Notes under the pieces: generated by a model
Databases searched by the model: none
Told to the model about the DNA's origin: nothing
What the model saw: only the letters and a program-made list of their open reading frames with translations
In this document: piece by piece, positions 37,836-47,401 of the stretch
Numbering within the stretch: the stretch's first letter is position 1
How the letters are laid out: each line of letters opens with the position of its first letter
Position numbers and translations under genes: made by a program
Sequence record: AJ697969.1
From: Pseudomonas phage EL
Length of the DNA stretch: 64,000 nt
Direction: 5' to 3' (one strand)

Positions 37836-39806
37836 ATGGGTAAACACTCACCTGTTGAACGGATTAAATACCTCCATGAACAACTGACGTATCACGCCCA
37901 TCTCTATTTCGTCGAGAACCGGAACGAGATCTCTGATGAAGCGTATGATGTGTTGGAGCAAGAACTCAATGAGTTGTACGACCGATACCCTGAAATAGCG
38001 GCTAAGTTCGATTTCTATAATCGTCCCGTTCCTATTCATGAACCCTCCGGGGAAACCATTCAACCCGTACGGTTCGAGGAACCCATGCTCAGCTTGAAGA
38101 AAGCCTTGAGTGTGGAGGAGGCGGATACATTCCTGTTAAAGTTCCCGGATGGTACAAACTTCTTTTACGAAGAGAAACTGGATGGGTTGGCCCTGGAGTT
38201 GGTGTATGAACAGGGACAACTGGTCAGTATGAGTACCCGGGGGTCTGGATTAGTCGGGGAAGATGTGACGCATTCCATAGTTCTCTTCGATGAAGCTACA
38301 CTTCCTCGTACCTTAAGGACACTCCCTGACCGCCATAAACCCCAGGGGGATCGATTGGTTATTCGGGGTGAAGGGTACATCAGTCTGGAACGCTTCGATT
38401 CTCTTAATGAAACAGGGGGTAAACGGTCCAATCCCCGTAATGCCGTGAGTGGGTGGGTGCGGTCCCTCCCTCAGAACCAACGGGAGGATATCCGAGGAAC
38501 GCTGTACTTCGCGGCGTATTACGCCAGTGATCGATTGGGGACGAAAGCCTATTCCGAATTGAGGCAGGTTCTCTTAGGCCTAGGGTTTGGTGTTCCTGAA
38601 TCCAGGGATTGGATTGCGGTCTCAGAGAACCGGAGGGGGAACATTCGTCCGGTGGATGGGATTGTGATTAAAGTCGACAAGTTCAAGGAACAAGACGCCA
38701 GTGGAAATGGGAGTAAATTCCCTCACTGGGCGATTGCTTACAAGTTCCCTGCGGAAGAAGCGTTGGCCCAGGTTGAGGGCTGTATCTGGAATACCTCTCG
38801 GTTTGGTCGGGTAGTACCGGTGGTCCAGTATACCCCTGTAACGATCCAAGGGGTTATCTGTCAGTCTGCGTCGTTAGATAACTACGGTTCGTTTATGGAC
38901 TTAGGGTTATCAATCGGGGATCGGATTGTTATTACCCGGAACAACGATGTGATCCCTCGGTTGAACCGGGTGGAGGAGTGTGGGGAAGGAGACCTCCTAG
39001 AAGCGCCTACAAGCTGCCCTAGCTGCGATTCTCTCCTAGAGGTAGTGGTGGGTAGGGACAGTTCCGAACTCGTCTGTAATAACGTCGCAGAGTGCCCTGC
39101 GCAGATCGTTATGCGGTGCGTAACGACGTTCGATAAGTTTGGACTGGATGTAGACGGTTTAGGACCCGTTAAGGTCAGTGAATTGGTTGAGAAAGGATGG
39201 GTTAAGCAACCAGCTGATATACTTACCCTTCCGGAAGGCATTAAGGATCAATGCCTCACCCCGACGACTCGAAGAGGTTTGGAGCGTGTCCTTCAGGAAC
39301 CCGTTCCTTTACATCGCTTCTTAAAGGCGTTGGGTATCCCGGATATTGGGATCACTTTGGCTAAACGCCTAGCCAACGCCATCCCTGAAGGGAAGATCGA
39401 AGAATCCCTTACCAATCCTAAGTTCCTACAAAGTGTACGAGGGGTTTCAGTGGGGATTGCTTACCGGGTCGTGAACGCGTTCGACTCCCCGGTCTTTAAG
39501 GACAACTTCCACGCCCTAAAAGGTTTGTTAACTCTCCAGTACACCGGAACGCAGGACGACTGCATTAAAGTCTGTATTACCGGCAACATTGGACCTTCCC
39601 GAGGAGAACTCTGTAACCTGTTCGCTAAGGAAGGGATTGAACTCAGTGATCGGCTTACCCAGGACTGTGCCTTCGTCATTGTGGGTGATCGTCCTGGTAA
39701 ATCGAAACTGTTAATTGCAACCGAATCGGGTATACCTATGCTAATTGCAAAGGATTATTCGAGCATTGGCTCCCTCATTCAGTTCATTAAAGGACACCGA
39801 GAATGA
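37836..39806 (+). CDS. ligA: NAD-dependent DNA ligase
   Basis: Domain Ia motif AYD.LE.EL..L....PE. PMLSL. KxDG adenylation motif EEKLDGLA. NPRNAVSG. WAIAYKFPAEE. Zn finger CPSC...C..V.ECPAQ. C-terminal BRCT-like region. Confidence 0.93.
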   Translation: MGKHSPVERIKYLHEQLTYHAHLYFVENRNEISDEAYDVLEQELNELYDRYPEIAAKFDFYNRPVPIHEPSGETIQPVRFEEPMLSLKKALSVEEADTFLLKFPDGTNFFYEEKLDGLALELVYEQGQLVSMSTRGSGLVGEDVTHSIVLFDEATLPRTLRTLPDRHKPQGDRLVIRGEGYISLERFDSLNETGGKRSNPRNAVSGWVRSLPQNQREDIRGTLYFAAYYASDRLGTKAYSELRQVLLGLGFGVPESRDWIAVSENRRGNIRPVDGIVIKVDKFKEQDASGNGSKFPHWAIAYKFPAEEALAQVEGCIWNTSRFGRVVPVVQYTPVTIQGVICQSASLDNYGSFMDLGLSIGDRIVITRNNDVIPRLNRVEECGEGDLLEAPTSCPSCDSLLEVVVGRDSSELVCNNVAECPAQIVMRCVTTFDKFGLDVDGLGPVKVSELVEKGWVKQPADILTLPEGIKDQCLTPTTRRGLERVLQEPVPLHRFLKALGIPDIGITLAKRLANAIPEGKIEESLTNPKFLQSVRGVSVGIAYRVVNAFDSPVFKDNFHALKGLLTLQYTGTQDDCIKVCITGNIGPSRGELCNLFAKEGIELSDRLTQDCAFVIVGDRPGKSKLLIATESGIPMLIAKDYSSIGSLIQFIKGHRE

Positions 39807-41110
39807 CTGTTAAAACTGACACCAACGACCAACAACACACTACCACCGACCCGGTAGTAGCAATGAAACTCAAGAAGGCCGAGAAGGCTCTGAAACACTC
39901 CAAGGAACTGGGTAAGAAGATGAAACACGACAAGGAACAGTTGGATAAGAAATCCATTACCCAACCCACTGAGAATAAAGAGTACCGTTCCGCCCCTGAG
40001 CCTTCTAAGCCCAAGGTGGTGGTTGACGGTAAGGAACTGGTGGCTCTCGATACCAAGCCGTACGGCGAATGGATCCGTTCCAAAGAAGGACACGATATTT
40101 TTGGGAATACATTCTGGTCAGTAGGTGTAACCGCGGAAATCGCCCTCTTCTCTCATTTCAAGACAACTTTTTGCGGAGTTGAACTCGATCTCTTGGTCGA
40201 CTCCTATTCTGAAGTTACGCTGGAAACCCCTACTGACGTTCCTTTCCTTAACGTCAGTAAGCGTAAGGGGAGTGCTGTGGTAGTCAACTCGGTGGTTAAT
40301 CGTTGTGAGTTTGAAGGGGAGAATTGTCTTCTGAATGTCGAGATTAACGACTGTGTGGTTAACAAGAGCAAGGTCGTTCGTACACGATCGACCGAATTGC
40401 GACCAATCGACGAACTGATCGACTTCCCAAAAAGAGCGGATGTATTTAGACGAGGGGTCGATCAACGCGCCCGGTACAACGACTGCCGTTTCATCGAATC
40501 CGAGATTAAAGATTCTCCCATCAATGGCAAGGGCTTAGTGAAAGAGTCGTATGTGGATCGTACCCACATTACCGCTGGGAAGTTTGCCATCGTTAAATCG
40601 CATCTTACCACCACCACCCTCACCGCATCCATGCTGTCTCTCTCGAAAGCTTACCTTCATGGTTGTTACTTGAGCGTTTCTGAAACGCTGATCCTTCGCA
40701 ACTTCACCCTCCGGAATAAGACGCTTTACATGAGGTCACTCTACGCGCCTAATAAACTGGGTCTTACGGAGATCGAACTTCCGTTCCATCCTCAAAATCT
40801 TATTCTGCACCGCACCTCAAAAACACAGTATGTAATCTCCATCCGCTCGGGTGGTTCGTCCGGCCTTGAACTGGGGAGCGACGTAACTTGGGAAGAACTC
40901 AGTGAAAAACTGGGTGAACTCTTGATAAAAACCCCGATGGTCAATAACGAGATCTCTGAAGACGGACTCCTCTTCAAAAGCATCTTGAATTATGTCCTGA
41001 AGTCGGTGATTTCTCGGATGAAGATCATCAAGTTGATGGACGATGTGATGGCTGTTAACCGTAGTATCACATCAGATTTCGAGGATCCTGAGTCCGTCCC
41101 GTATTGTTAG
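39803..41110 (+). CDS. Hypothetical protein (435 aa) with Lys-rich N-terminus
   Basis: Long ORF. KLKKAEKALKHSKELGKKMKHDKEQLDKK. Possible beta-helical repeats. Confidence 0.6.
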   Translation: MTVKTDTNDQQHTTTDPVVAMKLKKAEKALKHSKELGKKMKHDKEQLDKKSITQPTENKEYRSAPEPSKPKVVVDGKELVALDTKPYGEWIRSKEGHDIFGNTFWSVGVTAEIALFSHFKTTFCGVELDLLVDSYSEVTLETPTDVPFLNVSKRKGSAVVVNSVVNRCEFEGENCLLNVEINDCVVNKSKVVRTRSTELRPIDELIDFPKRADVFRRGVDQRARYNDCRFIESEIKDSPINGKGLVKESYVDRTHITAGKFAIVKSHLTTTTLTASMLSLSKAYLHGCYLSVSETLILRNFTLRNKTLYMRSLYAPNKLGLTEIELPFHPQNLILHRTSKTQYVISIRSGGSSGLELGSDVTWEELSEKLGELLIKTPMVNNEISEDGLLFKSILNYVLKSVISRMKIIKLMDDVMAVNRSITSDFEDPESVPYC

Positions 41111-41119
41111 TACACAACA

Positions 41120-41159
41120 CCTTACTCCCCAGGTAATCCTGGGGAGTAAGGGTTTAATT
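41120..41159 (+). terminator. Terminator (ccttactccccagg/cctggggagtaagg)
   Basis: 14-bp perfect stem then gtttaatt. Confidence 0.65.
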
Positions 41160-41190
41160 GCCTACTTACCTGTAAAAGGGAGGTTAACGA

Positions 41191-41682
41191 ATGTCCAAAA
41201 CAAAGAGGAATGACCGATATGTCATTTATACCGATGGGAGCGCGTTAGGGAATCCAGGTCCGGGCGGTTACGGTGTTTACGCTAAATACAAAGGGGAAGA
41301 ATTCTCCCTGAGTAAAGGGTATTACAAAACCACTAACAACCGTCAAGAACTCATGAGTGTGATTGCAGCACTGGAAGAGTTTGGTCCTAATATCAAAGTG
41401 GACATCTTCACTGACTCCCAATACGTCATTAAGTGTGCTACTAAATGGATGAGAGGATGGATACGGAACAACTGGATGGGGTATAACTCTGGGCAACCGG
41501 TTAAGAACCGCGATCTGTTGGAAGTCCTCAATGAACTCTTGAAGAAGAATAAGGTAAAGTTCCATTGGGTTAAAGGTCACTCTGGGGATGAAGGGAATGA
41601 AAAGGCAGACCAATTAGCCAAGGATGCTGCCAATAATCCGGAAGCCCACGATATGGAATACATGAAAGTCTTAGGGTTCTAA
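41191..41682 (+). CDS. rnhA: Ribonuclease HI
   Basis: IYTDGSALGNPGPGGYG, TTNNRQELM, TDSQYV, WVKGHSGDEGNEKADQLA. Near-canonical RNase HI catalytic motifs. Confidence 0.93.
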   Translation: MSKTKRNDRYVIYTDGSALGNPGPGGYGVYAKYKGEEFSLSKGYYKTTNNRQELMSVIAALEEFGPNIKVDIFTDSQYVIKCATKWMRGWIRNNWMGYNSGQPVKNRDLLEVLNELLKKNKVKFHWVKGHSGDEGNEKADQLAKDAANNPEAHDMEYMKVLGF

Positions 41683-41707
41683 TCAATCAACCGTGGAGAT
41701 TAACACT

Positions 41708-42946
41708 ATGAAAAGCTTTATTGATGTATCAGTAGTAGAAGATGGGGGTAAACAGTTCCTCTTCGGTATTACTGCGAATCAAAAGACAGGACGACCCGAA
41801 GTCGTAGGATATACCGATCCTGATTATTTCAGAGAGGGTGCTGACCGTGTGTTTGAACAGCTTATCCGGGAAGAACAACGAAAGGAAGCGGATATTAAAC
41901 TCCAGTTAGCCTTTATTAAGGTGGTCAAGGAACATCCCGGTAAACAACTGCAACTCACGCTTTGCTACAGCGCAAATGGACCGTCAGCTGGAGAATTTTA
42001 TTGGGTGGAGGATCGGTGTTATACGGCTGACGGAGTGTCCTTCCTATCGAATGCTCCGGTGTGTATCTATCATAAGAACTGTCTGGATGGTACTGCGGCA
42101 GCTTGGGCGGTAAGACGTGCACTCCCCTTGGTTGAATTGGTGGCTATGAGCTATCATGATGATCCGTACGAACTCTTTGGCCCGGGGTTGGAGTATCTAC
42201 AAGGGAGAATGGTCTATTGTGTTGATTTCAGTTTTAAGAAAGCAGTTGTAGAAGCGATTGCTAATTTACCGGATACAGGCTTGTTGATCTTGGATCATCA
42301 CGAGAGTGCTCAACGGGAACTGGGTGAACTCGTCGTTGGTTATTCCGGGAAATCAACGCTGGGTGATCGGGTTGAGATTATCATCGATATGACACGTTCA
42401 GGCGCTAAGTTGACGTACGACTACTTCCACCCTCAACAACCGACGCCTCCGGGTATTCTGGCGGTACAAGATCGGGATCTGTGGAAATGGGGGTACGAAG
42501 GCAGTAAGGAATGGACCGCAGCTGCCTTTGGGTATCCCCTCACCGTTGAGAGTTTCGATAAACTGATTCATCGGGATTACCAAGACGTGGTAGAAGAAGG
42601 TCGTACCGTCCTTCGTAAGCAGGAATTGGATGTCGAGAAACTGCTCCCGAGTGCGCGGCCTTACACGTTGGAGGGGTACAACTGCTTGATTGTTAATGCC
42701 AGTTATTTCCACGCCAGTGATGTAGGGGATAAACTGAAGGGTCGAGACGGTATTGACTTTGTAGTCACTTACATGGATGGTAAGGATAGCCGGATCTTCT
42801 CTCTACGGGGTAAGGATAAAGTGAACCTAGCGGAAGTGGCTGAACGTTTTGGAGGAGGCGGCCACCCTAACGCAGCAGGGTTCACCTTGAGCTTCAACGA
42901 TCCTCGTTTCTCCCAGTCACACCTGTTACTATATTCCGGTACTTAA
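41708..42946 (+). CDS. DHH-DHHA1 family phosphoesterase (NrnA/RecJ-like)
   Basis: DHH motif LILDHHES. DHHA1 motif FGGGGHPNAAGF. Confidence 0.75.
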   Translation: MKSFIDVSVVEDGGKQFLFGITANQKTGRPEVVGYTDPDYFREGADRVFEQLIREEQRKEADIKLQLAFIKVVKEHPGKQLQLTLCYSANGPSAGEFYWVEDRCYTADGVSFLSNAPVCIYHKNCLDGTAAAWAVRRALPLVELVAMSYHDDPYELFGPGLEYLQGRMVYCVDFSFKKAVVEAIANLPDTGLLILDHHESAQRELGELVVGYSGKSTLGDRVEIIIDMTRSGAKLTYDYFHPQQPTPPGILAVQDRDLWKWGYEGSKEWTAAAFGYPLTVESFDKLIHRDYQDVVEEGRTVLRKQELDVEKLLPSARPYTLEGYNCLIVNASYFHASDVGDKLKGRDGIDFVVTYMDGKDSRIFSLRGKDKVNLAEVAERFGGGGHPNAAGFTLSFNDPRFSQSHLLLYSGT

Positions 42947-43114
42947 ATGGACACTCACACACTGTTCTTAATCATTGACCTGGTAGGTAAATCCGTTTTT
43001 ATTGGTGACTTAGTGACTCGCGTGGACGACCATCGACTTATGAAGTCTATCCGATATTTGGAGAATCGGAAGGTGATTAAAACAGTTACGGTTACCCAAT
43101 GTTTACGTAACTAA
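42947..43114 (+). CDS. Small hypothetical protein (55 aa)
   Basis: ATG overlaps the DHH stop (taaatg). Below the ORF-track cutoff. Confidence 0.3.
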   Translation: MDTHTLFLIIDLVGKSVFIGDLVTRVDDHRLMKSIRYLENRKVIKTVTVTQCLRN

Positions 43115-43134
43115 CAGGTATTCCATTTGATGGG

Positions 43135-43183
43135 GGGTGGTTAGTATACAGGCTAACCACCCTGTTCTCTCTATTTTTTTTTT
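43135..43183 (+). terminator. Rho-independent terminator (gggtggttag/ctaaccaccc) + T10
   Basis: 10-bp stem followed by a run of ten T. Confidence 0.7.
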
Positions 43184-43196
43184 CGGGATAAGTGGA

Positions 43197-43622
43197 ATGA
43201 ATAATTACGGGTATGTGGATGTGTCCTTGGTAGGACCTGAAGTAGAGGAAATCTTTGGCTTGCTCTTGGAGTGTGGTATTGCACCGGCTGCGGAGTATAA
43301 CCTGCATTGTACCCTGATGTACGATGAACAGGCAGAAGAACCGCTGGTGAAACTGAATCCTGATGCGAAATTCACCGCCTACGTGACAGGGATTGATGTA
43401 CTGGGAGATGGATTGGTGTTTAACCTTACCAGCAAAGACCTCGCTGATGAACACCGCAGGTTGAAAGACGGTGGATATACCCATTCCTTTGATGCCTTCT
43501 TACCGCACATGTCTGTCACCTATGACTTCGATGAATACGACATGTTGAAAGTGAAGCAAGCTTTCGCAACCTGGGGTGGTCGACAACTCACCTTCAGTAA
43601 AGAATCGTTCGGAACCAAATAA
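43197..43622 (+). CDS. 2H phosphoesterase superfamily protein (LigT/Acb1-like)
   Basis: Two H-h-T/S-h motifs (LHCTLMY and PHMSVTY) spaced about 70 aa apart in a 141-aa protein. Confidence 0.65.
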   Translation: MNNYGYVDVSLVGPEVEEIFGLLLECGIAPAAEYNLHCTLMYDEQAEEPLVKLNPDAKFTAYVTGIDVLGDGLVFNLTSKDLADEHRRLKDGGYTHSFDAFLPHMSVTYDFDEYDMLKVKQAFATWGGRQLTFSKESFGTK

Positions 43623-43631
43623 GACCCGATA

Positions 43632-43667
43632 CTACCCCTACCCTTGACCGGGTAGGGGTAGGTTTAA
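43632..43667 (+). terminator. Terminator (ctacccctaccc/gggtaggggtag)
   Basis: 12-bp stem then gtttaa. Confidence 0.5.
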
Positions 43668-43698
43668 GGGAGTAAAAAATTAAGTTAAGGAATGAAAC

Positions 43699-43715
43699 AA
43701 ACCTACATTACCAGG
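43699..43715 (+). promoter_or_regulatory. Promoter-like motif AAACCTACATTAccagg (12/17)
   Basis: 70 nt upstream of ATG 43785. Confidence 0.45.
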
Positions 43716-43784
43716 GTGAATAGACAACGGGATTGTTTGCAGGTAAGTGACTTTCCCTTCTAAAGACAGAAAAGGGTTATAAAG

Positions 43785-44999
43785 ATGAGCGTGACTACTG
43801 ACTTCAATGCCGCCCTGGCGAATGTCTTGAGTGACATCGGTGAAAAGACAGACCGTGAGGAGATCCTGTCGATCATCTACCACCACCTCTTCGACGAGAC
43901 GCGTTTCAATAAATCAAAGCGTCCGTCTGCGCTGAAGAAGATCAACGAGGCGACTCGTTCCCGGTTTACGATGAACGACGTTCGTCACGCCGGTAAGAAA
44001 CCGGAGAAGTTGATCGTAACGGATAAACTGTCCGGTCATGTTGACATTCCCGTCCGTGTGATGGGTGAAGTGAATGAACAGGCCTCGCAGGCAGAGACTG
44101 TTCCGGCAACCCCCACTGAAACTGATGCAATGACCCACCTGGAGAACACCATGAAAGAAGAAAACCAACCGCTCGCCCAACAACTCCTGGAACGATCCCA
44201 AGGTGCCCGCGCCGCCTATGAAGAACAGGCGGGGGCTTCCAGCTGGTCCGACAGCAATGACAGCGACGAGGTCGTCGAGGTACTGGGGGTGACCTTCAAG
44301 GCCGATAACATCCTGTCCTACACCATCGACGCCTGGCTGATCAACGGCGGTCTCCCGACTCACCTGAAGACCGAACTGGAAGAGCTCGTCAAGAGTCAAG
44401 ACCACTCGTCCCCGGCGGGTGCGCTCCGTGCCTTCCTGGACGACCACCCCGAACTCAGCCAGGAGTTCATCAATCAGTACAGCAAGGCGGTAAAAGACAT
44501 CAACGCCACCGGCGTGGAAGCTGAAAAGGCGCGCCGTGATGCGGCTAAAGCCCAACGGCAAGCGCCGGGTACCTTCAAGGAACGTGTCGTCTACACCCTC
44601 CGGGGCGGTCGTGAAGAAGGCTTCGGTTCCGGCGCGGTGGCGGCTGCTGCGGCGATCATCGGCGGTGGTGTCGAAATGGCATCACGTGGGAATGTGAGCA
44701 TCGGTTCGGTTGTGGGTACGGGGCTGGGTGCGGCGGCCGGTTACTTCGCGGCTGAGAAAGCAGAAGGCCTCATGAAGAGCGAACCGGGTCGTTACATCGT
44801 GAGTGGTTCGATCGGTCTGATCCTGGGTGGGGCGGGTTCCAACCTCGGACGTACCACTCAAGGCCTTCTGGGCTTCGGTCCTCAGCAGCCCCAAGGCGAG
44901 CCCGTAGCGACGGTTTCCGTTCGGGAGCAGGTCACGGCACAACCGGAACCGGTTCCTCAATCCCAGGGCATTCTGGCCACGGTAGCTGCCCTGTTCTAA
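43785..44999 (+). CDS. Hypothetical protein (404 aa) with C-terminal glycine-zipper membrane region. GC3-rich.
   Basis: Strong third-position GC bias. The C-terminus GSGAVAAAAAIIGGG...GLILGGAG resembles the 41-397 protein. Confidence 0.65.
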   Translation: MSVTTDFNAALANVLSDIGEKTDREEILSIIYHHLFDETRFNKSKRPSALKKINEATRSRFTMNDVRHAGKKPEKLIVTDKLSGHVDIPVRVMGEVNEQASQAETVPATPTETDAMTHLENTMKEENQPLAQQLLERSQGARAAYEEQAGASSWSDSNDSDEVVEVLGVTFKADNILSYTIDAWLINGGLPTHLKTELEELVKSQDHSSPAGALRAFLDDHPELSQEFINQYSKAVKDINATGVEAEKARRDAAKAQRQAPGTFKERVVYTLRGGREEGFGSGAVAAAAAIIGGGVEMASRGNVSIGSVVGTGLGAAAGYFAAEKAEGLMKSEPGRYIVSGSIGLILGGAGSNLGRTTQGLLGFGPQQPQGEPVATVSVREQVTAQPEPVPQSQGILATVAALF

Positions 45000-45057
45000 G
45001 CAATACGGAATAACAGCGAACATGATTAAACTCAGTTAATCGACTGACGGTGCTCGA

Positions 45058-45106
45058 CTACGAGGGGTTATTCCCTCGTAGTTGGGTATTCGTTCTCTAT
45101 TTTTTA
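45058..45106 (+). terminator. Terminator (ctacgaggg/ccctcgtag) + T-run
   Basis: 9-bp perfect stem then tctctatttttt. Confidence 0.6.
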
Positions 45107-45108
45107 AT

Positions 45109-45125
45109 ACACCTACATCATTCTT
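45109..45125 (+). promoter_or_regulatory. Promoter-like motif acaCCTACATcATTCtT (14/17)
   Basis: Immediately after the terminator. Confidence 0.4.
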
Positions 45126-45163
45126 GTGTAATGAGAGTGTTTATTTTTGTTAGAGGTAAGGTT

Positions 45164-45484
45164 GTGAACACATCCAACACACCACATAAACCCCTCCAGT
45201 TCAGCCATCAGTTCTTCTACACCATGGGGTATAAGGCTGGGTACTACGGAGCTCCACTCGAATTCAAGGATTACTCCTTGTCTTCGTGCCAATTCAATTG
45301 CCTCTACTTGGGGTATATCCACGGGTATTCTGAGAAGAGAAAGAAAGGGATTTGGAATTTCCTTAAGAATGTCTACCTTAAAGTGCGGTATAAAAGAACC
45401 CTTATTGGGGATTCCCAAGCCCAGTTTGAGAAGGACTATGGGCATATCCCCCAGATTCGTTATCACCTTAATCCATCTGAATAA
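45164..45484 (+). CDS. Hypothetical protein (start uncertain)
   Basis: GTG start after the gaggtaagg RBS. The longer track ORF overlaps the terminator and the motif. Confidence 0.35.
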   Translation: MNTSNTPHKPLQFSHQFFYTMGYKAGYYGAPLEFKDYSLSSCQFNCLYLGYIHGYSEKRKKGIWNFLKNVYLKVRYKRTLIGDSQAQFEKDYGHIPQIRYHLNPSE

Positions 45485-45490
45485 GCGAGG

Positions 45491-46099
45491 TTGATATTAA
45501 TGGACGCATATGTCAACGATCCAACGCTCCCTAACTTCGATCAAGAGATCCGAGCGCTCCAATACCTTAAAGACCATTTTACCCGTAATCCCAAGAAGAT
45601 GAAGAAGATGTGTCTGAGGATGTTGCCTGAACTCCCTGGGTTCATTAGGGACGCCTTTATTAACAACATTATTCTGGGGAAAGATCCTATTCACTGGCTG
45701 GAACACGCATTCGCTGAAATGGACCAGTATCCTGTCTTAATGAAACAGTTCATTGAGGAAGGGAACCATGGGATGATCTTTGATAAGGGAACCCTCTATG
45801 GTTTCAGCCTGAAGACCAACCCGAAGTGGTTGAGTAACCAAGATGGGGAATGGGACCCTGAGGAAGAGCAGGCGATTATCGATCAGGCGCTGAATGCATG
45901 GATGGTTAAGGAGCGTCGTCGAAGCTTCCGAGGGCGTATTGTGCTCTTCCAAGACTTTGGGTTCTCCGGGATTACGTTCCTGGTCGATCACGCTTTTACG
46001 GATGAATACTGGGAGGAATGTCAGAAACAATGGGAACTGGAGGATAAACGCCAGTTGGATCAAGAACTTAGGGCACTTCTTTCTAAGGCAGGTTGTTGA
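45491..46099 (+). CDS. Hypothetical protein (202 aa)
   Basis: ORF. Confidence 0.55.
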   Translation: MILMDAYVNDPTLPNFDQEIRALQYLKDHFTRNPKKMKKMCLRMLPELPGFIRDAFINNIILGKDPIHWLEHAFAEMDQYPVLMKQFIEEGNHGMIFDKGTLYGFSLKTNPKWLSNQDGEWDPEEEQAIIDQALNAWMVKERRRSFRGRIVLFQDFGFSGITFLVDHAFTDEYWEECQKQWELEDKRQLDQELRALLSKAGC

Positions 46100-46213
46100 G
46101 CATCACAGTCTGCGGAACAACATCTTCTCGCAGGGCGAGGATTACCTCAAAGCCCGCAAATCCACCACTCAGGGTCTTGTTACCTTGAACATCAGCTGTA
46201 AGGAGCTTAAGTA

Positions 46214-46588
46214 ATGCAATACACCCAAGAGAGTTTGGCCGAGACTCCAATGGAACAACGTATCGAAGCGATGCTGTTCGGACTCCAAACCCTGACCTTC
46301 CAAATGAACACCTCGATCGTCGAGTTCTACATCGGCGAGGTCAAGCTGAAAGCGCAGCCGGGTGCTCTGGTCGCTGACATCGTCGTCGAGCGCGATGGTG
46401 AACCGCTGGTGCATTACCGCGCCCGTTCCGAAGGCACCACCATTTCGATACCGAAGTCCAGTGTCAGTGAGCAGAAACTCATCGAGTACCTCGAGAAGTT
46501 CTCGGTCATGGTGATCTACGCTATTCACCGTGCGTTTATCAAGGAACATTGCGATAACCGCACTACCCTCATCCCTCCCCAAGAGTAA
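46214..46588 (+). CDS. Hypothetical protein (124 aa), GC3-rich codon usage
   Basis: Very strong NNC/NNG bias. aaggag RBS. Confidence 0.6.
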   Translation: MQYTQESLAETPMEQRIEAMLFGLQTLTFQMNTSIVEFYIGEVKLKAQPGALVADIVVERDGEPLVHYRARSEGTTISIPKSSVSEQKLIEYLEKFSVMVIYAIHRAFIKEHCDNRTTLIPPQE

Positions 46589-46671
46589 TCTTACTTAGGG
46601 GTAGGCAACTACCCCTTCCCCGATCCTGGGTTATTCTCTGCTGGATCGGAATAATAAACGGTGAGGATGCC

Positions 46672-46836
46672 ATGAAACCTAAAGTCGAACACCCCAAGGT
46701 TCCCTATACCCCCTTCTTAACCTTTCCCGAATACCTTGTTGCTACCGATGTGAAGCTACAGGTTAAGGTGTTTAAGAAGGAATTGGAACGGATTAAGGAC
46801 GATCCCACTCACGAACTGAATACCTTGGTCCTGTAA
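46672..46836 (+). CDS. Small hypothetical protein (54 aa)
   Basis: ggtgagga RBS then ATG. Followed by a terminator. Confidence 0.35.
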   Translation: MKPKVEHPKVPYTPFLTFPEYLVATDVKLQVKVFKKELERIKDDPTHELNTLVL

Positions 46837-46845
46837 CCCGCTTAA

Positions 46846-46896
46846 CCACCCCCACTCTGTAAAAGGAGTTGGGGTGGCGGGTGTTTATTTCTTTTA
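46846..46896 (+). terminator. Terminator (ccacccccactc/gagttggggtgg, 1 mismatch) + T-run
   Basis: Followed by gtgtttatttcttttag. Confidence 0.55.
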
Positions 46897-46917
46897 GTTT
46901 AAAACGTATTTATTCTC

Positions 46918-46934
46918 AAACCTACATTATTCAT
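46918..46934 (+). promoter_or_regulatory. Promoter-like motif AAACCTACATTATTCAT (perfect)
   Basis: 48 nt upstream of ATG 46983. Identical to the 36477 copy. Confidence 0.55.
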
Positions 46935-46982
46935 ATGAATTGAGCAATATGATTATTGTTTAACCCAAAGGAGGAACACTTC

Positions 46983-47387
46983 ATGACAGACCGTTCGTTG
47001 AAAACTGACCGAGATGATGAATGCGGCGGGGGCCCGCTCACGCAGTTTGTCGACTACGTTACGAACAAAGACCATATACGGAATCACGAGAAATACTTGA
47101 TGGGTCGGTATGCTCGTGGGACTGAATCGGGACTGGAAGCGTGGATTAAATTCCAGTACGTCTTCGGGAGAGCGTTCGGTGAAGGGTACGTTGGGGATCT
47201 CAAGTTCAGGGTCTATTACGATTTCGATACAGGGTTCGAGTTGTTTTACGTTCCCTTTGCGTCCGGTCTCCGTCTGGAAAGACAGGGGGATGCACCTATG
47301 GTGTTCAGCCCAGATCCCAATCAACCGGGTAATGAGAAGGAGTTCATCAAATTCCTGGTTGAACATCAGGCTAATCGTCAGAAATAA
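46983..47387 (+). CDS. Hypothetical protein (134 aa)
   Basis: aaaggagga RBS then ATG. Confidence 0.55.
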   Translation: MTDRSLKTDRDDECGGGPLTQFVDYVTNKDHIRNHEKYLMGRYARGTESGLEAWIKFQYVFGRAFGEGYVGDLKFRVYYDFDTGFELFYVPFASGLRLERQGDAPMVFSPDPNQPGNEKEFIKFLVEHQANRQK

Positions 47388-47401
47388 GAACGGGTATTAC
47401 G

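Noticed and set aside
43914-44561. 215-aa minus-strand ORF, and likewise 55003-55620
   Set aside because: They are antisense shadows of GC3-rich + strand genes. Third-position C/G periodicity and the RBS placement support the + strand.
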